Source: Octopus bimaculoides (Eukaryota). Taken from it: a DNA stretch of 33,772 bases. Each line of letters begins with the position of its first letter. Position 1 is the stretch's first letter. The notes under the pieces were generated by a model. That model was not told the DNA's origin and made no database searches. It worked only from the letters and a program-made list of their open reading frames with translations. Of this stretch, positions 21,278 through 31,670 are shown one piece after another. A program made the position numbers and the translations under genes. The stretch lies in the NCBI RefSeq assembly GCF_001194135.2, contig NC_068983.1, positions 112,766,864 through 112,800,635 on the forward strand, given 5' to 3'.

Positions 21278-24200
21278 GTTTAGAGAAAAGAAAGAATAGA
21301 ACTACAAAAACCATTCTAGAAAAGGAAAATAAAAGAAAGCATCTCTAAGCAGCAGAAGGATTTAAGGAAGATCAATGAAGTAAGGAGAGGAAATATGAGG
21401 CTCAATAAAAGAGAAGAAAACCACATGAATAAGGAATACCACCAGGTGGATGAGGGCATTTTGTTTATAACGCATATGTTAAAACAAAAGACCAAAGCAA
21501 GTGGAGTTAAGGTCAAAAGATATGAGGAAAGATTCATACAGTTCAAGCAAAATCAACTGTTTAGAACAAATGCGAATTTGCTCTACAAGACTCTAGATGA
21601 AGGGGAAAGGAAGATGGGGGAGAAAAGAATTACCTGATCCCACAGACATAACTTTGTTTTGGAACAGGATCTGGTCAGAGGATGTCAAACACTTGGACAC
21701 CCTGGCCTCATGAAGTGAAAGAATTCAATGACATAGAAATACAAGAAGACATTACCGGTTGAAGGAACCTGTGGAAGAGGCAGGCCCAGGAAGACCTGGG
21801 ATGAGGTGGTGAAGCACGACCTCCGAACATTAGGCCTCACTGAGGCAATGACTTCTGACCAAGACCTTTGGAAATATGCTGTGCATGAGAAGACCCGGCA
21901 AGCCAAGTGAGACCAAAATCCAAGACTTCTGCCAAGGATATAGCCAGCCCACTTACGCTTAACATTCCTTCATTGGACACTAAACTCCAATTGCAAAGAC
22001 CTGTCGAAGCAAGTGAAATCGAAATTGAACTAAATTCGAGGACTGGCACCCATGCCAACGTCTCCTTCATTGGACACTAAACTCGGCTTGCAAAGACCTG
22101 TTGGGGCAAGCAAAAGCGAAATCATGATGGCACCTGTACCAGTGGAGTGCTGAGAGCACCATTCAAGCGTGATCGTTATCAGCGTCACCATCCTGCCACT
22201 TGTGCCCGTGGCACGTGAAAAGTCATTTGAGCGAGATCGTTGCCAGTGCTGCTGGACTGGCTCCTGTGCAGGTGGCACGTAAAATACACCATTTTGAGTG
22301 TGGCCATTGCCAGTACCACCTGACTGGCTTTCGTGCTGGTGGCACGTAAAAGCACCCACTACACTCTCGGAGTGGTTGGCGTTAGGAAGGGCATCCAGCT
22401 GTAGAAACTCTGCCAAATCAGATTGGAGCCTGGTATAGCCATCCGGTTCACCAGTCCTCAGTCAAATCGTCCAACCCATGCTAGAATGGAAAACAGACGT
22501 TAAACGATGATGATGATGATTACCATCATGGAGTTGGTGAGATGAAAAATTGAAAGGCAGCTGGTTCAGACCTAGTTCAGGGTTTTTAGTTTAAGGTTTT
22601 GATGAATTTACATCCTAGACTACAAAAGCAACTGCATGGCTATGGCTCATAACTATCACTAGATTGCTTGTTTGCCTATGATGTGGAATAATGGGAAAGA
22701 GATTGAATGACTATCTTGAAAGAAATGAACTGCTATCAGATGAACAGAAAGGTTGTAGAAAGGGATCACAAGGAAAAAAGGATTAGTTGCTGATAAGTAG
22801 GGTAATTTTGAGGAACTGTTGTAGAAAGTTGACAAACCTATCAACGGCTTGGATTGCTTATAAGAAAGTGTATGATATGGTTCCTCGCTCATGGATTCTA
22901 AATTGTCTAGAAGTAGTTGGGGTAGCTAAGAATACAAAATATTTATTCAAAAACAGTGAGGAGAGTATGCTATTATGTTACCACTCTCCATATTTCTGAG
23001 TAAGATGGGAGCTGTTTACAAACTGCAGAAAAACATGAAACCAATTAACCATCCGTAAATGGACAATAATGCTGTTTATGGACAATTTGAAGTTTTGCAG
23101 AGCTAGCAGAAATCAACTGGACTTCCTTATTCAGACCATACAAAGTTTTACTCAAGACATCCAGGTAGCATTTGGTTTTGACAAAATACTCTGTTATTGA
23201 ACTGAGGAGAGGGCTAATAGTAGATAGCAGTGGAGCACAATTTCCAGCTAATGAGTGCATAAGACAAGTGAATAGAGATACTTACAGAGAGTGTTACAAT
23301 TAGGTCAGATGAGGAACAACATGTAGGGAAAAATTTCTTCTGAATATATTAGAAGAATGAAAAAGCTATGTAGATTCAAGCTGAATGGAGGAAGCCTGAT
23401 TAGAAGTATCAACAGTTGGGCTGTAGATATGGTACACTACTGTGCAGTAGTTGAGGAATGGACAAAGGAAGAACTAGTCAATATGGACGGAAAATCTAGG
23501 AAGATAACAGATATGCATGGGTGTCTTCATGCTATAAGTAACATAGCAAGGCTTTACTTTCTTAGGAAGGGAGGTGTGATTAGTTGAAATAGAGGATAAT
23601 GTTAGGAAGGAGATTAAGTCCCTGCATGCCTATCTGAGGAACACTGATGGAAAAATGTTGAGTGAGAAGGTGATCCCTGAGATCCTCCAAGAGTACAAAA
23701 AGAGGACTAATAGAGTAAAGAGGATTAATAGAGCAAAGTTCATCAACTGGAAAGATAAAGTCCTGTATAGAGAGTTTTTTTACCTGCAAATATTGGATGA
23801 AGTTAATAAAGAATGCTGGAGATCATGATTTTTGAAAAGAGACAGAGGGACTGAAGAGGAAAAGGACTGATTCTTGCTGCTCAAGAACAAGCTTTACAAA
23901 CCAACTCAATAGAATATGTGAAAAATCATATGAGGCAGTTAGACATAATTAGTGGATGCTCAAAACAGGCCCAAAAGGAATACACAAAAATGCCATAACA
24001 CAGTGGTAGTGTGAATATATGGGACGTTATGCAGGAAGTATGGGCTAGAATGTTCTAACAATTGGTATGAACACTAACCTTTGCCAGTAGCAGAGTATGA
24101 TAAGGTGAAACTCACATAGGATATGCTAATATACACAGATAAGAAGCTGCAGTATAACTAACTGGATATTACCCTCCTGTGGAAGGAGTCCTAAGAATGG

Positions 24201-24430
24201 ACCTTCACCAGTGTAGCTATACCTACAGACAAGAATATTGTGGAGACAGAGGACAAGAAAGTCAGGAAGTAGCACGACCTAGTATTGGAAATGAAATGCA
24301 TCCATAGAGCCATGAAAGTGAAAGTAGAAGCTATTATAACTGGTGCATTTGAAAATATCTCAAAGAAAGTAATGTTCTGGCATCAAGAGCTGCAAATACC
24401 AAAATGTCCCCTTTGTGTATTTTTACAACA
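21278..24430 (+). mobile_element. Long, decayed R4/Dong-like non-LTR retrotransposon (RT, CCHC region, REL), interrupted by an RTE insertion
   Basis: Translation gives LKQKTKA..VKRYEER..QFKQNQLFRTN, DEQKGCRKGSQG.KD*LLI..AWIAYKKVYDMVP.SWIL.CL and LLFMDNLK (YxDD equivalent). It continues FKLNGGSLIRSINSWAV..WTKEEL..MHGCLH..SNIARLYFLRKGG, GLILAAQEQALQTNS, HIISGCS and IPTDKNI..EDKKV. (AAT)n lies immediately upstream at 21260-21277. Confidence 0.88.
21757..22518 (+). mobile_element. 5'-truncated RTE LINE with a 6-bp target-site duplication
   Basis: Encodes VEGTCGRGRPRKTWDEVVKHDLRTLGLTEAMTSDQDLWKYAVHEKTRQAK*, followed by a long 3' UTR and a (GAT)n tail. ATTACC is duplicated at 21751-21756 and 22519-22524. 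Removing the insert restores the host LINE frame IQEDITIMELV. Confidence 0.93.
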
Positions 24431-24703
24431 CTTCAAAAATAGATTTTCAAGTTATCAAAATATCTCTGTTTTTAACGAATTACATTGAGAAATAAAACTA
24501 AGAATAAGTGTTTATATTTGTTTTAAAATTTATTTATGCTAAAAAGAAATACTAATGTAAATAAAAGAGTAATGCAGCTGATGTATTACTAACTTTAACC
24601 TCCTGTTTTTTAGGGAAAACATATGCATTCATGTTAAGCAGTGTATTACCAGTGGAAGAAAAAGAAAGCTGATATGTTAATAACAAAGCTGGATAATAAT
24701 GTA

Positions 24704-25025
24704 TTGTTGTATTTCAGGATAGTTATTTTTTTTTTCTTTTTGCCAAATAAACACATGCATTCATTCTTCACTCATTTAGAATTGTTCTTATTTTAACTCA
24801 TGTCTATTGTCAGGAAATCTTTTATCACACATCTGTGACCTCTTTAGGGACGCTTTCCATCCCCTTGTGTGTTCCTGCTCTGCTTAGTCCATTCTGTTCT
24901 TCTATGATGTGTATCCTAATAGAAGGATACACAAAATGAGAACAGTAATAAACAAGTAAAGAATGAATATATAGTGCATGTGTTTATTTGGCAAAAAAAA
25001 AACCATCATGAAATACAACATCTAT
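24704..25025. mobile_element. Fold-back / MITE-like element with long inverted arms
   Basis: A perfect 23-bp inverted pair lies at 24737-24759 (tttttgccaaataaacacatgca) and 24975-24997. Outer gttgtatttcaggatagtt pairs with aaccatcatgaaatacaac. Inner ttcattctt and tgttcttattt pair with aagaatgaa and aaatgagaaca. Confidence 0.75.
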
Positions 25026-25087
25026 TTCAACACAACTTCACATCAGGAATCTTGCATCTCAAATTCATAAATGATTACGATTTATTA

Positions 25088-25266
25088 CTTTCCTCTGTCT
25101 TTACATTCTGAGTTCAAATTCTGCTGAGTTCAAATTCTGCTGAGGTCCACTTTGCCTCTCATCCTTTCAGGGTTGATAAATTAAGTACCAGTTGCATACT
25201 AGGGTCAATCGATATTGACTGGCTCCCTCCCCCAAAATTTCAGACCTTGTAATTAGAGTAGAAAAG
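25088..25266 (+). mobile_element. 5'-truncated CORE-type SINE with a 16-bp internal duplication
   Basis: Contains a B-box-like tgagttcaaattctgc twice, then 'actttgcctctcatcctttcagggttgataaattaagtaccag' (CORE-like) and the tail 'agagtagaaaag'. Confidence 0.78.
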
Positions 25267-25373
25267 TTTATAATTTATTTCTGGGAATATGTGAGTGAGA
25301 ATGAATTATTAATACATCTCAGCAGTGGTTGGATCATTTTCGCATGTTCTACAATGTGTATATTAAGAATAGT

Positions 25374-25756
25374 GGAGGTGCAATGGCCCAGTGGTTAGGG
25401 CAGCGGACTCGCGGTCATAGGATCGCGGTTTTGATTCCCAGACTGGGCGTTGTGAGTGTTTATTGAGCGAAAACACCTAAAGCTCCACGAGGCTCCGGCA
25501 GGGGATAGTGGCGAACCCTGCTGTACTCTTTCACCACAACTTTCTCTCACTCTTACTTCCTGTTTCTGTTGTGCCTGTAATTCAAAGGGTCAGCCTTGTC
25601 ACACTGTGTCATGCTGAATATCTCCGAGAACTACGTTAAGAGTACACATGTCTGTGGAGTGCTCAGCCACTTGCACATTAATTTCACGAGCAGGCTGTTC
25701 CGTTGATCGGATCAACTGGAACCCTCGACGTCGTAAGCGATGGAGTACCAACAACA
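25374..25756 (+). mobile_element. Full-length tRNA-derived SINE 'C' with a 14-bp TSD
   Basis: Head 'ggcccagtggttagggcagcgg..ggttttgattcc' carries A/B boxes and the element ends in a (CAA)n tail. The TSD is atattaagaatagt (25360-25373) and atattaaaaatagt (25757-25770), with 1 mismatch. Confidence 0.88.
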
Positions 25757-25809
25757 ATATTAAAAATAGTATTCAATCATTTAGACCCTAACGAATTTAG
25801 TTTATGAAA

Positions 25810-25947
25810 GGTGTGATAAGAAGTGTGCTTCTGAGTTCTGGGTTCAGTCCCACTCCGTAGTATCTTAGGCAAGTGTCTTTTACTATAGCCCCAGGCCAAC
25901 CAAACCCTTGTGAGTGCATCCAGTAGGCAGAAACTGAAAGAAGTCAA

Positions 25948-26021
<74 letters not shown>

Positions 26022-26535
26022 NNNNNNNNNNNNNNNNNNNNNNNNNNNNNNNNNNAATCCCTTATATTTATGATGATAAATGGTCTTACCAATAAAGGTT
26101 TATTTCATACTGAACTACTTGGCAAAATTGTTAATTGTTAATTCTATTATTATCAGTATGTTGGAGAAGCAACTCAATTGCTAATCCCTTATATTTATGA
26201 TGATAAATGGTCTTACCGATAAAGGTTTATTTCATACTGAACTACTTGGCAAAATTGTTAATTGTTAATTCTATTATTAATTGATGATTCCCTGCCCTCA
26301 TTTCTTGTATATATATATATATATATATATATCGGTGTGTGTATATGTGTGTATGTGTAATATAAGTGTGTGTGTCTTTTTCTTGATTTGTTTATGCCCC
26401 CATAATTCAGTGGTTCAGAAAAAGTAACCAATACAATATACATCAGGCTTGAGAAAATAAATGATAAGTACTGGATTGATCCTTTCAATTAAAATTCTTC
26501 ACAGTGATGCCCCCAGCACAGCCATAGATTGAAAC
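25810..26535 (+). mobile_element. Older family 'A'-like SINE split by a microsatellite, a gap and an inserted duplicated sequence
   Basis: The 5' half is at 25810-25950 (gggttcagtcccact..ttaggcaagtgtcttttactatagcc) and the 3' half at about 26385-26535 (tcagtggttcag..gtactgg..gatgccccagca..gaaacaagtaaaagataaaagat). Confidence 0.7.
26056..26279. repeat. 97-bp direct repeat with a 127-bp period, abutting a gap
   Basis: 26056-26152 and 26183-26279 are identical except for one a/g difference. Confidence 0.92.
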
Positions 26536-28338
26536 AAGTAAAAGATAAAAGATGGAAGATAAAATAAATTTCTTTGTTTCCAACTCAACAGACTTTCTGT
26601 AGCTGGTGCCCATATAACCCTAATGTATATTGTCATATTTATTCCACGAGTTTTATTCAGTCTTCCCATCTTTTAAACAATTTTAAAATTACTTTTTCTT
26701 TGATTAAATTTTTCTTTTAATAACTTTTTTGATTAATTTCTTAGATTAATTCTACTATATTTACTCTATTATCAGTGCCTTGTGAAGCTATGTCACAGGA
26801 CTAGGTAAAGGAGGCTATCTGCAAAATCTCATTAGCTAAATGAACAGTTTATGAAGTCCATTTCATGAGAGTGCTTTTCTACCTACTCCTGTGTGTAATG
26901 GGAATCTAAATGCAGAGCAAAGAATCGAATGTCATATACAACAAATATATCAATAATTGCATATTAGAGCCAGTAGTTCATATCTACTTTGGTAGTGGAT
27001 AATCATCATCAGATATGTATCTTTCCTATGCTATTGAGAAGAGCAAAAGTGCAAGATATTTTTATATCCTTTGATCATCTCATTTGAGAGATCTAACTTT
27101 AGATTACCCAATTTACTCTCCATATTCTTAGTCTGCACGTACAAATGCTACAGAAACCCCAATGGTATTCCATGCAAAAAATACTTTAAATTGTAGAGAT
27201 AGAATGTTATCAACTGTCATGAAAATCAGTTTAAAGAAACATTTTCTGAACCATGAGCAACGTATATACACATTAACTTTCACATGATAGGTTTTGTAAG
27301 CAAAACATATCATAGTCCTGTTGTAGCCATGTCAGAAAATTTTATTACCACTACTGACAAAAGACACCTGTATGTGTGAGATAAACTTATCCACTTAGTA
27401 CAAAAGTCTCATACTATCTGGTATTTAGCATCTTTTTTCATAAATCATTTTTTTCCATGTTTTTCTAATACATATTCCAGTAAATCACAAAGAATATCTA
27501 GCACTTTTGATGCTCCATTAATTAAGCTATGTTAGCTGTAAATAGTTGTTCTGTCTCAGATGAAAGCACAGCCATGAAGTTTCAGTCTGCATGACTACTT
27601 TCAGCATGCAAACTTATCCAAACAAGAATTTTACTGTATAATTCTTGCCAATGCAGACTATCATGAGGCTTGTCACATTCTGCTTTTCCTTGGGCTACAG
27701 AAGCTAGGAAAGTCAGTTATCAATACTACATTCAAATTATTATTCATTAACAGACAAAAGCCAAGTATGAAGTAAACATTCAAACTTTCAGTTGAAATTA
27801 AACATTCATTCAAAGCTCAATGTTTAAATATTGCATCTTAGTGTTTCTAGTTATTTGATTTACTCTCATCTAAACTTTCTTAGAGAAAGTTACAGCTTAG
27901 TAGAATGTCAAACAATTTGCTTCAAACTTTGTAATTGGAGAAGCATTGAATCCATGAACATGAAACTTCATTCTCATTGCCTGCAAATTGGTATTTGAAA
28001 CATTAAGATGCTATGATGTTGACTTGCTATACATATGTAAGAGTGGTGAGTTTACATCATTCCTTGAATATAGAATTCTCAAGGATAATATCAACCAAAC
28101 TAATTTACTTTAGACACACTGCAAGAGAGCTACTAGAATATTCTTATTTCACTACATGAAATAGAAATATTCAAGCAGTGTTGCAGTAGCTCTCTGGAGA
28201 CTGATGTTCAATTTTGCTTTATCAATAATTCCATCAGAAACCAAAATTCATAAAAGGCCTTTTTAGATATCAGGGAACAACATTTTGCTATTAGGACTGT
28301 CCAAAAATGGACTGGAAAATTAAAATGATCTCACACAG

Positions 28339-28560
28339 ATGTCATGCTTCGGGAAGGAGCTTGATGGTCAATTATATATTTTGCTGATGACAAGAATAAA
28401 TGAGTCATCTCATGGATGGGCAACTATTGATGAAGTGGAAAATGATATGCAAAATGGTTTTATCAACAACAGGCCTAGACATGATTTACATAACATTGAC
28501 AACCTAACAGATGTTTCACATTCAAATCTGCTGATTAGTGATTGGATGAGATCACATCTA
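28339..28560 (+). pseudogene. Possible, very decayed LINE RT remnant
   Basis: ORF 28339.. contains VENDMQNGFINNRPRHD, reminiscent of the RT 'Q.GF...RS..D' motif. The rest is not recognisable. Confidence 0.3.
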
Positions 28561-28625
28561 GTGTTATGCATTTTCCCATCAATAGAAAAATAATTATAAA
28601 TGTATTGACGTAATGAAGGAGTTAC

Positions 28626-28627
<2 letters not shown>

Positions 28628-28665
<38 letters not shown>
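28628..28665. repeat. (TG)n microsatellite
   Basis: Directly visible. Confidence 0.97.
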
Positions 28666-28668
<3 letters not shown>

Positions 28669-28780
28669 GGTAAAGTCAACTCCAGTGAAATCTGAACACA
28701 GAAATAAATGAGTAAACCTATATATTGTAAAGTATTTTTCCAGGCACACCACTACTTCTGCTTTGTCACTGATCTTGCAA
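28666..28780 (-). mobile_element. CORE-type SINE, 5' half, diverged
   Basis: 'aaggtaaagtcaactccagtgaaatctgaacacagaa' is the reverse complement of the ttctgagttcaaattc..gaggtccactttgcct block at 25107-25157. Confidence 0.6.
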
Positions 28781-29514
28781 CAGTGAAAAAGAGGAGTGAT
28801 TTGTTCTTTTACTTTTGTGGTTGAAACCCCATAAGAGTTGACTACTTCTTTCATCTCTATGGAGACAACAAAAAATTGTTACAATTATACACAGGCATAG
28901 GCATAGCTCTGTAGTTTAGAAGTTTATTTCCCAACTGCATAGTGTTAACACCAAACAAGATGAGGACAAATATCCGTCAAATGTAAATAATGTAAATAAT
29001 GAGGCATAACTTTGATTTGACTAACTTATCAAAATCTTGTAAAAAATAAATTGCTAATGTAATGTTAATAGAAATGTCAACCATCTCAGAATTTTGCTTT
29101 TCTAAATCTTAGGTAATATAGTCTGGTTAAAAATCTATTCCTAGCCTACTCTTAGACGTACCTGATATAAATGCTTCATCAACAATATTGTTATCTTCAT
29201 AATCTATATTTGTAATGAACTGCAGACAAATATTTACTAACATTCCCAAAAGTTTACCTATAATTTCTTTTGAACTTTGCCATAACCTAGTAATAAATTT
29301 CCTCAGACATCTAGTTCCTAAGGCTTGCAGGTCAGTTGATATTCTACTTCTCATTATAAATGGATTAAAAGGTAGAGAAAATTATAATTATGAAGTATGT
29401 TAAGAATAGAAAAAAAATCAATAACAGAATAGTATTATATTTGAACAAATCATTGCCAAATCTGTGCTATAAAAGATTTCATCCAAGTCTCCTTGCAGGA
29501 CACTCATCTCACAC

Positions 29515-29620
29515 ACATGGGTTGATATATAGATATATGTGTGTGTGTGTGTGTGAGTCTGTGTATATACATATGTATATACATACAGGGATACTCAGAC
29601 ACACTCACAGACACAGACAT

Positions 29621-29657
<37 letters not shown>

Positions 29658-29672
29658 AATACATATGTATAT
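29515..29672. repeat. Compound (TG)n/(CA)n microsatellite
   Basis: Directly visible. Confidence 0.9.
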
Positions 29673-29804
29673 AGGGTCTGCAGGCTTAATTTGACAGATT
29701 GCATAGAATGAAATGGAAGGACAACCTCTCATCCAAAGATAATAAAAAAATTTTTTTTTAAGTTTTAAGAATAACAACTAAATTGTACCTAGGAGATAAC
29801 AACT

Positions 29805-29945
29805 TGCCAAAGTGGCTGCCCTCAGCTTCCACCATGTCCTCAAGATGGCTCTAGAATCTGCACATGCACTCCTCACTGTGTCTCTGGGAAGATCTTAAAA
29901 TACTTCCTAAATTTTGTCCACCAATATTTTGTCAAGTTAATCAGT
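29805..29945 (-). pseudogene. C-terminal fragment of a Tc1/mariner-superfamily transposase
   Basis: The minus strand reads ..VF.DLPRDTVRSACA.F*SHLEDMVEAEGSHF, matching the 'C..F..RLEAV.EAEG.HFE' C-terminus of these transposases. Confidence 0.65.
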
Positions 29946-30539
29946 CTAAAGTTCAATTTTGTTTTCTCACTTTTATAGCTTAAGCAATGGATTTTTCTTT
30001 CAATCATTTACAATCCATTTTCCCCATAAACTATATAAATTATGATTTTTGCCAATTTGGATAATTGTCTTTAAGAATTCGATTATTTGTATGATAAAAT
30101 CTGTAAAAATGTATGTGAGCACATAAGATAATAACTCATACTATATGAAAAGGGATCACTAAATCAATTCATATTTAATTTTGCCCCAAATCCCATCTAT
30201 AATCACATTACCTATCTTCCTCCCTATTTTTCTATCAAGGTATCATACACACTGGGTCAAAATTAGCATTAACTGGTTATAAAGTGATCTTAAACACACA
30301 TAAAAACTGTTCCTAAAATAATTTTAATATTAAAATTTTTAGAATGAGACTACATGTCAGACATACAAAAATATATCAATTTAACCTACCCATGTCTTAT
30401 TTGTACCAACTTGTAGTGCATCATTCACTTCTGGAAGTAATAGCAGTGATGAATCAAAATTTTTATATTTACCTTTAATAGCTGTGTTCTCATCAGCCTC
30501 AAACTATTAAAATTATAATTGATTTCTAACATATATACC

Positions 30540-30660
30540 TAAGGCCACAAATCTGAGGCATGAGCTTAGTTGATTATTACTCAATTAACATCCATTTTAT
30601 CAACACCAAGAGGGTGGAAGACAAAATGCACCATGGCAAGATTTGAAGTCGTCGTAACTG
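30540..30660 (-). mobile_element. Old CORE-type SINE remnant
   Basis: Reverse complement 'cttcaaatcttgccatggtgcattttgtcttccaccctcttggtgttgataaaatg' resembles 25125-25185. Confidence 0.5.
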
Positions 30661-31576
30661 ATTACATTAAATATTTTTCTGGCTCTAATTAAGCAGTGCA
30701 ACAATGTGCATACCATTTTTATTTCTACTTTTTTTTTAGTACTTGTACTGAATTAATTCAGTAGATTTGATTTCATGAAAATATTAATTTTACATAATCA
30801 AAAGAAATTAATATTCTGTTGTACTCATAAACAATGTTGTCATATTTGTTAATAAATATGATTTGCTTTAAACTTCAAGTAACATCTTCCCAGTATATAT
30901 ATATATATCTTAGACACCAGGTAATTTAATGTTATATGAAATGCAATAAATGATAATGAAAGCAAACTTCTAAAAACATTGAGGTGTTAAACAGTACATC
31001 TTATATTCTAATGACTTTATCTATGACAAAGTATTTCATGGTTTAATTATTTATAAAGAACAGCTTGTGTTTAACAATGAATGAACTTGTGTGATATTTC
31101 AAATTAATTTTATTATGAAATCAATGTGAAACATATGGTGATAGCACAAGTTCATATATTAAACTGAGATTTATTTATTGAATGTAATTATATGGGATCA
31201 TATGTAGTTCAGCAATTATCTTACTTGTAGATCACATATAAAAGATAAACTGTAAACATTTGGCCTCTACATAGTTGTTTAACCTACAAATGAATCATAG
31301 CTAAATTTTCCACAAACCACACATTGGATGATGTTTTGGATATATAGCTTCTGAGTGTAATATGAGCTATTCAACATCAGATTGCTTTTAAGTACTGATC
31401 AGCTTCATGAGGGCTGACTTGAAGCTAAACACTAACCACAATTTCAACCATTCACTCAAATCTATGGTTCAACTTACGTATGACTGAGTGTTATTTACCT
31501 ACAGCTCTGTTTCAAATCTAGATTTGTTATCTGCATAAATAAGACAGTCAATATCTGTGTTTCCCTTCACCTCTTA

Positions 31577-31670
31577 ATGGTAGATACCAGATTTTTCAGA
31601 GGATTTCATGTGAAAAATCTTCCTATTCTTTCCAGAATAGCATTCATGTCACTTCTGCTCAAAGTTAAAT
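31577..31670 (+). CDS. Candidate short exon of an unidentified gene
   Basis: Open frame MVDTRFFRGFHVKNLPILSRIAFMSLLLKVK ends at a consensus donor aat|GTAAGT (31671). Two upstream polypyrimidine-AG acceptors (31599, 31635) are both compatible with this frame. No homology recognised. Confidence 0.2.

Noticed and set aside
24612-24700. Strong acceptor (ctcctgttttttag) as a possible second exon for the 15125 donor
   Set aside because: All three frames stop within about 70 nt, there is no good donor, and it borders a MITE.
25374-25450. tRNA-like sequence with A and B boxes
   Set aside because: It is the head of a SINE with a body, tail and TSD, and no complete cloverleaf is evident. The same applies to the other SINE heads.
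27134-27290. Frame containing LNHEQRIY, similar to a Pif1/Helitron helicase motif
   Set aside because: There is a stop a few codons later and no Walker A or other helicase motif.
31081-31155. 11-bp inverted repeat atgaacttgtg/cacaagttcat
   Set aside because: The interior pairs poorly, and such a match is plausible by chance in AT-rich DNA.
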